From: Raillietiella orientalis
Lineage: Eukaryota
Length of the DNA: 64,000 nucleotides
Assembly (NCBI GenBank): GCA_036172245.1
Contig: JAYWIR010000001.1
Span: forward strand, 62,001 to 126,000
Direction: 5' to 3'
Shown here: positions 42,378-55,284 of the stretch, one piece after another
How positions within the stretch are numbered: the first letter of the stretch is position 1
How the letters are laid out: every line of letters begins with the position of its first letter
Translations under genes and position numbers: made by a program
The notes under the pieces: generated by a model
Databases searched by the model: none
Seen by the model: the letters and a program-made list of their open reading frames with translations, nothing else
Told to the model about the DNA's origin: nothing

Positions 42378-43839
42378 ATGACTGCTTTAAAAACTGGAGT
42401 GTTCATTGTGGCTGCAAGGAGAACTCCTTTTGGCGCTTTTGGGGGTAAATTTGTGGATAAAACATGTACTGATCTTCAAGAAGTAGCTAGTAAGGCTGTG
42501 TTATCTGATAGTAATGTAAATCCTGAGAAAGTGGATTCTGTCATCATTGGCAATGTGATCAGTGTAAGTCACTGTCAAAAATGAATTCTTCATCTTGAGC
42601 ACACAGGCATCAGCCACAGATGCTACATACTTGGCACGGCATGTGGCTTTGCGCTGTAATTTGCCAGTTCATATTCCCTGCCTAGCAGTCAACAGGCTGT
42701 GTGGATCTGGTATGCAGTCAGTGATCAGTGGAGTTCTAGTATGTGATTGATATTGTTCACAGACACACTTGCACTGTAAATTAGGAAGTGTTAACAGGAT
42801 GCAGCCAGATAATACTAACAGGGGGAACTGAAAATATGAGTCAGTCTCCTTTTGCCTTGAGAGACATGCGCTTTGGAACACGCCTAGGAACAGACCTGAA
42901 AATTGAAGACAGTCTTTGGTCAGCACTAACAGACAAACACATCAATACACCCATGGGACTAACTGCAGAAAACCTTGCAGAAAAATTCAATATTACCAGA
43001 GAAGATTCAGAACAATTTAGTCTGCAGTCACAGCTACGCTGGAAACAAGGCATCACTTGTGTCCAACATTAATATTTTCTAATGTGCTTTTAATAGCTCA
43101 TGATGAAGGTAGATTCAAAGCAGAAATCTGTCCTGTAAAGATTCAGGCAAAAAAGCTGGATGTTATTGTGGACTGTGATGAGCATCCTCGCCCTAACACA
43201 ACTCTAGAAGGTTTATCAAAGTTACCTGCAGTTTTCAAAAAAGGTGGAACAGTGACAGCAGGCACTGCATCGGTAGAAACTTAGTGGGAACATAACCAAG
43301 TACAAACTATTTGTAGGGTATCTGCGATGGAGCTGGTGCTCAGCTGATTGCAGATGAAGAAGCATGTGCTCAAAATCAGCTGGTTCCTCTGGCCAGAATA
43401 GTAGGATTTTCTGTAGTTGGTTGTGATCCCAACATAATGGGTATTGGACCAGTCACAGCAATCCAAAAGCTTTTAAAAGCTGTCAATTTGCCACTGCACA
43501 ACATAGACTTGATTGAGGTAAGAGGAAATTGGTGAAGAATGCTACGTTCTCTAGATTAATGAGGCTTTTGCATCCCAAACTATTTCCTGCCAACGGGAGT
43601 TGGGAATAGACTCAAATCAGTTAAATGTAAATGGTGGTGCTATTGCTCTAGGTCATCCTCTTGCTGCTTCAGGGTCTCGAATCATTACGCACTTAGTACA
43701 TGAATTACGGTAATGTTATGTATGCCAACAAAGAGAATTTCCCGAATTCTTTTGTAGGCGCCAAAAAAAACGATATGGTCTCGGGAGTGCTTGTATAGGA
43801 GGTGGCCAGGGAATAGCAATGCTTTTGGAAAGTTGTTAA
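42378..43839 (+). CDS. ACAA2: Mitochondrial 3-ketoacyl-CoA thiolase; exons 42378-42563, 42607-42738, 42785-43049, 43097-43272, 43317-43517, 43555-43709, 43758-43839
   Basis: [79 protein letters not shown]. Confidence 0.96.
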
Positions 43840-46557
43840 CTTGGCTGCAAAGCCATATAGAGCTTGGTGACTACTGTGTGGACAATCTGTTGGATGTGCT
43901 CATCTTCATTACAGATGACGGTCAAAGTAGAAAGATCAATATGAGCAGTTTTGCCATCTATCACCACATACACATGCTCTCCTTTGTACAGTTTTGGTAC
44001 AGATTCCTCACCAAACATTTCTTGCAGTGTTTCTATTACACATTCCTGTGGGGCAATGAAAATATTCTGCATATTTTTCTTACCTTGAAATGGGTACGGT
44101 CGATGCGGGAAATTGGTGGGACTGTGAAAGGCACAGATTGCTGGGTTTGCTTCTCAGCTTGTAATACCACTGTCAGTACAGCATCAGCATACATATCATT
44201 GATAGGACCTGCTTCCCACTAATAAACAGGTTTGATTGACAATATGCAATTTGAAGCAAACCTCCAGAATCACTAGGTTCTTCTCAAGAACCAGCTTTAT
44301 GGCTCCAAAAATTCTGATGCCCTTCTTATTGTCTTCTTGCAAGCACTCCAGTTGTCCTGATAATTGTGATAATAAATACTGAAGCAACTGTATATTTCCT
44401 GAGAAGTATACACTCTGACGCTGTGTGACCACACTTGTTGTCATATTGGTATACTCTTATGGTGGCTGATATATTCTGCAACCATAACACCCTACTTACT
44501 TCCCAAATCTGTTGGTGAGAGTAAATGATACGTAAAATTCCGTTTCACCAGAATACCAGACAGTTTAAGGTCATCCTTTGGAGGCTCCATGGCCAATGTC
44601 CCCATAACCTACCTCAAACATAAAACTTACATTAGTAAACTAGATGGCTCACCTTAGCTGTCTTTTCACCACGGAAGTACAATTCTACACTCTGTGTGTT
44701 CCGTGGATTGTGAACCTGAATAGCAGCACTACTGTCATCCTCATATTCACGAACAAGTGCTGCTTTCAACCGATTCATCTCATTCTGCTCACCATGCACC
44801 AACACCTTTAACAGATTTTTAATGCCAGTACACTTGTATGGGAGATATGCTAACCACATGTGGAGGCTTCAGTGCTCTAATAAACTCAGAGGTCTGCTTG
44901 TAATCTGTATGTGCACTGAAAGAGATGTAATGCACAGACATGCGCAATGGTAGCTTTTGACCAGTCATTGTAATAATTTCCTCTGGCTCTGATAAAATGT
45001 GCTTGGCCAGAGTTCCTTCAACACAATATCCTAATAAACTGTTTTAATTCCTTAAATGAGCATGAATATCTAACCTGCTATAATTACACCATTTTTAGGA
45101 TCAATGCACCATGATTCAAACAGTTCTCTAGACAACCCACTTTGCATCATTCCCGGAGAGGCCATAATAACACAGGGACCTATATCATCAAAGTGATCAA
45201 TGCCCTGCATGCAAATTATTAGAAATGCAACAAATTCATCATTCCTACTTTTAAATTCGAAATATGCCGAAAGACAAAGGGATTGCTAATGGCAATCTGA
45301 CGCTTGATACGCTCATTCATAGCATTTATATATGTCTGATAAACAGCCATACATTTCTTGGCCAAGGAAGATGCGTAGTATATGGGAATATCATGGAGCT
45401 CTGGATGGTTTGCCCAATATTCATCTTACAAGACAATATTTAACATGAATCACATGTTAGACAAACCAAGAATAAGCAGCAGCTCTTGTGCACGTCCTAA
45501 AGCAAAAACAGGAATAAGGCAGCGCCCACCACGAAACACAATGTCATGCACCAATCCCGTGAAACGATTCTCACGATCTTCACGTTTCTCATGAATGTGA
45601 GTTCCATAAGTAGATTCCTAAACAAAAGTGAAAAGCTATCAGTATAGTACACATACTGTTATTAATATATCAGGAGAAATCGTGGGTATCTCAGCAGCCA
45701 TTAAATGTCTATCTTCTTCACGTGAAAAGTCTCCAGTGTATAAAACCTATATCAATTATCTAAACCTATTCATTTTGTCATACTTTAACTCCAGCAATCT
45801 CTATCATAAACATAGCTGCCCCAAGTACATGTCCAGCATTGTAAGCCCAAAATTTAATACCATGTACTATTTTTTCTTCATGAAAATTGATAGTCTCGAT
45901 TTTCTCCATGCTAGCTTCTAAATCAGCATCTGTGTAAAGCATTTGTTCAGTTGCAATGTTGCTGTAACACATTATTATCCTATGTGGATATTTTCATGCT
46001 TCCACTTACCTGACTTTGATATAATCTGAAAGAAGCCATCTATAAATTGCCTTTGTAGCATGTGTCATGAAACAACGACCTTTAAAAGTTGTTTTCATAA
46101 GAAACCAAGGTAAGGCACCACAATGGTCAAGGTGAAAACTGAAGATTTATGAAGACATTGTAAATACATGCCCATACATTGATCACTTAAAGAGAAATAA
46201 ATACTAACTGACTAACTAGGAGAAGATCTAATTCATCAGCTTCAATAAGATCAACAAACGGCAATGCATCCATTCCAGATAGACCTGGATGTATACCACA
46301 GTCCAACTACAGACATACTATAAACATCGTTATATTCCTAAAATACTTCACCATTATTTTTTTTCCTTTAAACTCCAACATGATGCATGACCGACCCACC
46401 TCTTGACCAGCACCTCTGAAATTCAAAGATTAATTGGTATTTATCAGCATTTGTTAATTTATGAAGTAGGTTCATAGTTGAGTTGAACTCACAATGGGCG
46501 AATTGTTAATAAATCAGTCTCTTCTAAAGGTATTTCGTGTCGTTTTTTAACTTCCAT
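43836..46557 (-). CDS. CPSF3: Cleavage and polyadenylation specificity factor 73 kDa endonuclease; multi-exon
   Basis: [84 protein letters not shown]-terminus KLYMALQPS*. Confidence 0.97.
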
Positions 46558-49500
46558 TCTAGGCACTACGGGAGCAAAAACATTACACCGGCTTAAAAAC
46601 GCATGGAATTAAAACAAATAAACAAATCTGAGGATCATGAGTAGATCACATACAACAGTGATCATGTACCTAAAATTTTACAATGTTTTTATTATGAAAC
46701 ATCAACTGATCATTATCAAGGAGGTTTCAGACAGCTTCAACAATTACTTCGTACTATCTTTATGCCTTTGAATGGTGCTTCCACTTGGGACATGTTTGAA
46801 CAGAATTACCAAACATTAGAAATACTTCATATAGATTCTGGTATTCTTCTCCCCAAGGGAAAAAATGAACGAAACTAAATCTCCACCTTCTGGGACGAAG
46901 GTGCTGTCAAAGACGTGTTTTGCTCAATATTTTAAAAATGTTTTCTGGATGAGATAATTAATTGTCATCAAAAACATTTCGCTTCGGTCAAAACTGAAGT
47001 CCTACATTAAAAAAAATACGAAGGGGTTTTTGAGTTGTACAGGACGATGGGCACTGAAAAACCGTTGTGTAACAATCATGGAAACAAACTTAATTATTCC
47101 TTTATCTTGATGACCGTCGTTTTCCCATTATCTGGAGGTTAAATACCTCCAGATAATGGGAAATATCTGGAGGTTAATTATATCTGAAGCTTAAGTAAGC
47201 TTCCTTAAGGAAGAATTCTGAAATTCTCGATAACTAAAGAGGATTTTCTCAATCTGTAGAGAAATTACATATCAGTATAATGGATAAATGAGAAAGACAT
47301 CATCAGTATAATGATACAGTGCTTTCCTTTATACAATGCAAAGTGTCCTTTTTATGAAGTGGCCATAAATGCAATTGGAATTGTAACTGTCAAGCAGGCA
47401 CTGGAATCGTATTTATTCTATTCTTTCTCTAGCAAATAAGAATTCATATAATTTAAATCCTCAGAATGATCCTCAGAATGGTAAATAGTAACAGTGGGAT
47501 GAAAGAAAATCTACAGTTGACCGACCGCGATCTTATCCGAGTGTTGGCCACGGTCCATGTTCTGTGAAAAAAGTCAAACTATGCAAAGGAGTTCGAGACT
47601 ATGCATAGCGGGCGCGCTGCGACACGAGTCACAGTGGTGGACAAGAGATCGATGCACCAATCACTGTGGATGACAGGCACCGTTGTTCACTTGTGGAATA
47701 TGGGCATACGTCGTGTATGTGGTAACTGTGAGGAGGGGCAGACATTGAGCAAGCACTCCTCCATTGAATTCCGCCGCAGCAATCAATGCGAGCACACAAA
47801 ACTAATGCTCCCGAACTGGTAAATGCAGAAACATATGCACACATACAAACTGTATATGGTGCGAAAACCCTCGTCCAAGTCTGCGAAAACAATAAAGTCC
47901 TTGGTGTTAAGGCGGTAAACTTTTTCGCAGGCCTGAAAATCGATAGCTTTTGAGAGACCATTAGCTACTTCGGCGGAAATATAGAAGCTCCCGTTTTGCA
48001 ACTGGGAAAGTTTCTGGCGGTGAGAATGAAGGCTGGACGATGGTGAAGAATGCGACATGGTGACAAAACGAAGAGCGGAAAGAAGATTTAAGCTCTCAGA
48101 GAAAGGTACGTAAAGAGATACCTGTTCCCCAGAAGTGCACTGTCGTACTCAAACGGTTCGAGGCTGTTGCTGTTGTCTGAGCAAGAAACGAGGCTCGATA
48201 GGAACAGAGGCAAGTAAGACGATGTAGCCGACGACAAGCAGAATGCCTATCAAACGCGAGACAGTGGGTATTCGAACAGAAGTCCAACTCAGTAGGGACG
48301 GACCATAATCTATCCGCGTTAAAACGGAGATGCCATCCCAAAATGTGCAGGCACCAGTGATGGCCGGTAGTGGCGAAAGCCTTGCTTGAGGGTGGGGGAA
48401 ATGATTTTTGCTTCCGAGTGATGGAAACGGTGCAGCATGGAGAAAGGAAGACGTGCTGCCTCTTCCGAATCACGCGTGCTGCCGGAGGACCCCTCACTGA
48501 GCGAGGCAAGGAATCCGCTGCCATCTTCTCAGCGTTCATGAAGGGAATAGCTTCTTCTCGTCTTAGTGTGGCTCCTTAGGAAGAGACTGATGTTCAGCGG
48601 ACGGCGCGGCGACGAGCATAGGAGTATTGTAAGTATTGCGCTGTGCCGTTTTGACTTGACAGTACTCCTGGAATGTCTCGGAACAGGAGGTTTGTAGAGG
48701 TCGAGAGGGAAGCGAGGCTCCGCACGATCAGAGTCAGTTTCCTCACGAAGGCAATGGAGTTCTTCGGAGCACCTGCATGCTCCACAGACTGGCCTCCAGA
48801 ATACCTCATCTCATCTCAAAGGACTTCGACATCCACTTTCTGTCGACTGAAAGTACAGTCTTACCACAGTACTGGACGGTGTCGGAATTCGTCAAACTCA
48901 GTACTCTTCTCATTTTGACGAGAAAAAAAAAATGTTTCGGCACTCAGAGCATGCTCGGAACTCTTGACACCACCCCACTCTCATGATGGAACAAGTGAAC
49001 ACTTGAGTCTCGTGAACAGTGCCGAACACTTCCATAGAATGCCTCCCTGATCTACATTATGAGTACATGCAACCCACATAATTGCAAACTATAGCATAAA
49101 TTGTTTCAGCCACCATGGTTAGTATTTTATTCGAGATAAGTGACAACCAGAAATATAATTTTGCAAAGTACTTTTGTTACAACCAGACAAACACTAGGTT
49201 GCTATTCGCAACTTGAACCAAACATATACCTCATCTTGCTACAAACATTCGTTAAGAGATTACAAGTTTTCTATTCATTTGAAGGAAATGCCAGTTAATT
49301 AAATAATTCCTAGATATCAAATGACCTAGTCGTCCTTAGTGTTACCATAGAAATGGAAATCAGTAAAACAATATTCTGTTCGCGACACAGGTTTGAGAAT
49401 GCAAGCAATTCTACAGAAAACATCGGATTCACGATAGACTGAAAACACAATGTACAAAATGCCAACTAATCAGAAGAAAGCATTAGAATTCTTTAGAAGG

Positions 49501-52500
49501 AAAAATTCGTTAGAGAAACATGTTTAACACACACACCGTTTGACCTATTCTTGCATTTAAATCTACCGGAGTGCACTAAATGATGTGGAATTAGATGCAT
49601 ATAGTCAGTGGGATGACGAGCATCTTTTTTGTATCTTCCAATCCATAAAAACACTTGCTGGATGCCTCTGCAGTACTCTCCATTGATCCGACGATATCGA
49701 GTCGACAGTCAGTTTTGGTCTATGCTGATTAAAACCTTGTAGATGATCCAGCAAAATGGAATCACCGCAATGTGCAAGTCGCAGCATCTTTTTGCACATG
49801 TCTTTTGCATACATCACTGCAGAAACAAGTTAGCAGTGGTGACATTCATGTCCGAGTTATCATTAAGCCATCTTCCAAAAAAAGCAGGGACATGCTCCAA
49901 AAAAACAAAAGGAACCAGTTTCTGGACTCTGCCTCCTTAAAACACAGTGCATGTTCATTTCTTGGATACATGCTGACGCAAAAGCTGTTTCCGCATAGCA
50001 GCCTGAAAACACCACATGGTCGTTGCAGGTTGGATAGAACCGAAAACTGAGAGCCACGTGGCATTGGTTCTTAAAGGACTCCTGTACGTTCCTCTGGGAT
50101 CAGTTCCGATGGCCCATACTCGCTTGCTGCTGTGATGGTCAGCTCGTTTCAATCCGCTGAGGTTGCTTCGCAACACCATCCTTCAAAATGTTGTCACTTG
50201 TGCGACATTCAGCACGCAAAGCTGCCAAGTGAAAAAAATCCTTTCCCCGCCTCCTCGCCCCCGCACAGTCTACGCTTTTTGAAGCTCCCGGGATTCACGT
50301 TGGCTTTATGCCGTCATATAACTAAAAAACGGAGAGGATGCAGACTGCTCTTCTAGAAGAAAGAAACGCCTGCAAATGATTCCAGATGTTTGGGGATTAA
50401 TGGTTGTCCGCATGACTGCAAAAGAAATAAAATGAGTGAGAAGAGAATCATACATCCGGGAGAAATGACAATTAATACTACTCCGGAAATCTAATTGAAG
50501 GTGGATGCTAAAACCACACCATCTTGAAATCTATGGTAAAAGAGAGACCTTCAAACCGAGTCCGTTTAGAAAATTCATCCAGCCAAAGTGATGTTTCTTG
50601 CAAGCAAAAAGCAAAAAATGAATGATGACATCTTTATCTACAGTTTTGGAGCAGCAGAAACAATGAGCGATTATTTCTATTAGAAAGAATAGAAGAAGGG
50701 AGTGTGTGCATCTCAAACTTTCAGTTGGGATTCTAAGTGCAAGGGTTTGTGAGAAATACAATAAATGCGGGAATGTGATGCAAGCCCGAAGACAATTAGG
50801 ACTTTCTCCTGCAGAAAAAAGCACACAAAAGTAGGGATGCCTTTTTTGTCTGCACTGGGATCAAAAGATAACACTGAAGAACGCCTTCAGACAAAAGGAA
50901 GCATGAAGTAAGGACATAGTAATGCTTCCATTAAATAAGGACTTATCCCATATTTCCTTCTTGTATTTTATTTTTTCCCCCGGGAAAGACTCGTTGATCA
51001 TCCAGCCAGAAGAAATTCATTTGCAGCCGAACGAATGCCCAATGACGATGGCGTCATTTCTACGCCTTGCAACCGTTTCCTTTGCAGATGGAAAACCGAT
51101 TCCAGGTCTGCTTTACGCGTTGCCAGGTTCGCAAGTTTTCCATTTCCTCGATTAGAAATTCTTCAAATTCTGCCACTCAGTTTGCAAAATTCACTGCTTC
51201 TCTTTCATTTCCTGGTCAACAGTTTGTTACAAACAAAGGTACACTATTCACTTTTGCAGGTTGCTTTTCTACATAAAAAGTATAGTTTTTTTCGATGATG
51301 TCTTCGAAAATTGTCTCTTTCGAGAAAGATCTTTTACTGATACGAAAATTTAGCATGAGATGAAACTTATGAACATTCATATGGAAAGACTTTTCAATAG
51401 ATGCAGGTGATCATTTTCATGCTTCCCTGCAGAAATTCTACTATGGTTAACTTCAGTACTGCTGAAATTTTTTTACTTGAATGCGAAAAGGAGTACAGTC
51501 TTCTTGATGTTTTTTGGCTTTCCTCGACGTATTTCTTTTCAAATCGTACACTAAACTCTAGTTGGAATCTTTTCCCAACTTCTGAAGGAATTTATAAGCA
51601 AATCTGTGTAATAAAGTATAAGCGATGTATGAGGGGATGCATGCTTCCCCCCTCCCCTCCCCAAATTTATTTTTTTATACTCATTGACTATGAAGACTGT
51701 CCTTGTTAGGTAAAACACCGTTTCTTTTTCCCTTCAAGTTAAGTTAAAAGTATATTGCTAAAATAAATCATGCATGTTCGAGTACATTTAGAACGCGAAG
51801 TGTTACTAAGATATCGAAAGTTTTTTTTTTTTTTTAAGTTATTCGCATTTTTATCCGAAGAATGTTCCCTTTGCCATAACTCTTAATCTTCCTATCCAGA
51901 TAACTTCATGTGGAGAAATCTAATAAAGTGGTGGTTTCTTTTTGCTTCGATGATCTTTGAGTTATGTCATGAACGGTTTTAAAACACCAGACTTGATGCA
52001 CTGCAAATGAAGGGACAATAACCTCTGTACGAACCATTTGTAGTTGCATCGTCCCGGTTCGGTTTCCTAATCGAGTAAGAACTTTGTTCTGCTGTTTTAA
52101 TGAATATCTGATGACACATAGCAGAATTCCTTTATTTCTTTTTTCTTCAGTCAGAGTTACACAGGTTGGAATTTTGTTTCCAAAGTCTAGTTCATCGTTT
52201 GTAAGGATGAGAAACCGATTCCGTCTTCACACATTGCGTTCCAAGACTGCTTTCTGACCCATGGGGTCTCGAAAAAACTCCCACTTCTTGAGTTTTATGT
52301 ATTCAGGCAACCAAATTACACAAAATTCCTTGGAAGGCAACAAAGAAAGCTGTTTTCGTCTTCTGGATATTGTTTTAGGAAAGAATTACTTGTTACCTCC
52401 TCCGAATTTGCGGTTTGTGTTCCTCTAATGATTTCCTACGAAAGTCGCAGAGGAAACTCTCATCCATAAACATGGAAGATTATTATAGACTATTTATTGC

Positions 52501-52599
52501 GTTTTGGATGATTCCTTTGTTTTCTAATTTCAGGATTTTTTTTTTTTATATCGAACTGCACGATCTAGAAATTTGATAGACAAAAGCTTAGAAGATGCG

Positions 52600-52940
52600 T
52601 AATAGGAAGGAATCATTTTCCAAAATAATAATAATTTGATAATAATTTTCCAAATTTTTCATCTATTTGAGTTATGTGGCGCCAAACTTTTGCATGAATC
52701 ACAATTTACAAACCCACTGAACATTTTATTGGAAACTCGGAGGCAGGTCTCTGCGCGGAGAATCACGGTTATCAATTTGGAGGTTTCCCCTCTAGATCTG
52801 TAGTTTTGGGAAACCCATCTAGAGGCTAAAAGTATATTGTGTTGCCAAGCGGGAATTCTAGCGGTTTTTTAATCACTGACCGTCGAAGTTTACGGGTTTT
52901 TCATGGTTTCAAAGAAAATTTTCAATTATAGATGTCAAAT
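52600..52940 (+). mobile_element. Possible Tc1/mariner transposase C-terminal relic
   Basis: EVSPLDL*FWETHLEAK (~52780-52830) resembles SPDLxPLDFFLWGxLKxKVY; no terminal inverted repeats seen. Confidence 0.25.
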
Positions 52941-55030
52941 AGAATTCTGGATATTTTATCCACCCCTGTTTCAATCTTGGCGGATGTGGAGTCTCATTTA
53001 TTGTGTTGTTGATAAAGATTGTCGAGGAAAATGAATTCCCAATTATCCCAAGATATTTTGATATTTCAATTGTGATTCTTGTAGAGCAGCGGAAACTAGT
53101 GTGAGTATTCCATTACAATTTACAGACTGTTCAATTGGAAAAAACCGAAACGAGGACCTTCTCCGTGCGACGCAGGGTGAAGCAAGGATGTCCCCCAAGC
53201 TCACTCCTGTTTATCATCTCAATAGGACCCACCCTGCGCTCAATGAGACATAACTAAGGGGACGACGTGACATTAGCTTACGCCGACGACATCGTCATAC
53301 TATGAAAGGACGAAGCGAAAGTCCATGAAATGATGGCACATTTCCAGAAATTAGTCGAGCAAGCCTCCTTATCCATCAACCCGGCGAGGTGCGCGATATG
53401 CTACAGCGGGAAAATTCCGAAAGGTACAAGGGACTTGGAAATCCGGGTGAAGGAAGGGAAAACCCCTTGTATTGCCTTATCACAGGCATACGAGTACTTG
53501 GGAAAACCCTTCAGTGTAAAGGTATTCTATACACAACCATCCAAGGAGGACATCTGCCAGAAGGCGAGAGTGAGCTCTCAGGATGGTAGAAAATAGACGC
53601 TTTGAATACCTTCTTCTACTCCAGCCTAGTTCATTACGAGGGGCTGGGAACTCACCGAAAGATGTTGACGAAGAAATTAGGAAGAAAATAAAGAAAAGCC
53701 TTACACCTACCATCCTGAGCAGCCAATGAATATTTGTACGGAGACAGGAGCAAAGGCTGCCAAGGACTAATGAATCTAGCTGGAGAATCCGACCTCTTCA
53801 TCATGGACAGCTGCTTCAAACTGCTTACGTCACCAGACAACGCGGTAAGAAAGTTAGCACAACAGACCCTGGAGGAAATCGCCCCAAAACGTAACCATGA
53901 AGTCTCGACAGATGAGAATCTCTAGGAATTCATGACGGGCAAGACCGCTAAGCCCAGAAAAGATAGAGAGAGCCCCTGGACGAAAGGAAGGAAGGCCTCT
54001 AGAAGAATTAAACCCCACTAGGAGTTTCAACAAGGAGAATCCTGCATAATAGTTGATGGCGTAATCTTCACTAGCAGTACAAGAAGAGGGCTCGTCTCCT
54101 CCGTGAAAGCATTGCAGCGGGAACACGCATGGCAATCCCTAATTCGAAACCACATTAGTAAAGGGAAGGTCATGCAGTGTGGGGGCATGCATCACTCCTC
54201 AAGCTTCTTCCACACGAACAGAATCCACTTAAGATTTCAGGACTACAAGCTCATCCATGTTGCAAAACTCAACTTACTTCCAGTCAACGCTGGGCCAACA
54301 AAAAAAGGACACGAAAGAGTACGTCGGCGTTTCGGAACGGAGGACGAAACTCTATTCCACGTATTAAATAGAGAGTCGTCAGAGAGTCGTGCTTCTTAAA
54401 TAGATGCAAGAAGCACGACTCTCTGACGATGCAGCGCCGTGATGCCATTCAAGAAATCATCAGAAAGGCCGCAGCGGATGAAGCGAAGTGGAGTCTTGTG
54501 TCCAGCAATCGCAGAGTACCAGGAACCACCTCCAGCCTAAAACCAGAGCTGGTTTTAGAAAAAAGAGATAGAATAAGTTCACTGGACATCTCCTGCCCAT
54601 ACGAGAATGGGAAGGAGACGCTCACCACAGCTAGGAAACCTAAAGAAGGAAAATACCAAGATATCGCAATGCAACTCGGAAACAGTGGACAACACACAAA
54701 AGTGCAAGCGATCATTGTCGGCTCACTTGGAGCATGTGATCCTGGAAATGAAGTACTACAATACCTAGGAATACCAAAAACGAAGCTTGTGAAGCTAAGA
54801 TAACGGTTGGGGCCACCTGCATCCGTTATCCAAGTAGCATATATGCAACCCACTTAAGAAGGGAAAACGCAGCCCAACGCGATGATCTGGATAATGATCT
54901 ACCTCCGGAAGAAATCCAGCAAAGCAGCGAAGAACCGTGAAGGACAGGGGGAAAACAACAATCGCGGAAGATTCTCCAGAGCCGTTCCAGGAATAGCTTT
55001 GTAAGAACTTAAAATGAATAATAAAGTTTT
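52940..55030 (+). mobile_element. 5'-truncated, inactivated non-LTR retrotransposon with restriction-like endonuclease (NeSL/Utopia/R2 group)
   Basis: RVKQGCP, LAYADDIVIL, YEYLG, YLYGDRSKGCQG, ETLFHVLN, KPELVLEK..LDISCPYENG..KEGKY..IIVGSLGACDPGN; several in-frame stops and frameshifts; AATAAA at ~55020 marks the likely 3' end. Confidence 0.88.
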
Positions 55031-55272
55031 AACTATAGGTAATAAGACTGTCAGTGCGGTGCTCCCCTTACAAACGTACGAACACGTGCAGCAGTGGCTT
55101 CATAACATGAATTTCAAGTGGTCAACAATTAATTGTTAGTTTGCATTTCATTTTCGTACTATTGAATCTGAAGATTAAATGACATCAAATGGTTAGATAA
55201 TAATAGTCATAGATTCCGGGGTATTAAAATCTAGATATTTTTTTTTTTTTGGAAAATCGAGGGTTTTCGAAG

Positions 55273-55284
55273 GCCATCTAGCGG
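55273..55284. promoter_or_regulatory. CTCF-like motif upstream of citrate synthase
   Basis: GCCATCTAGCGG matches the core of the arthropod CTCF consensus (GCGCCATCTAGYGG) by eye. Confidence 0.3.

Noticed and set aside
47500-48990. Possible LTR-retrotransposon RNase H relic (FEAVAVV*A..VGTDH)
   Set aside because: Resemblance too weak and the motif spacing is wrong; no LTRs or RT motifs seen.
49700-50100. Possible RT fragment (HLFAHVFC..KKTK..FLGYMLT)
   Set aside because: Lacks the catalytic DD; too degenerate to call.
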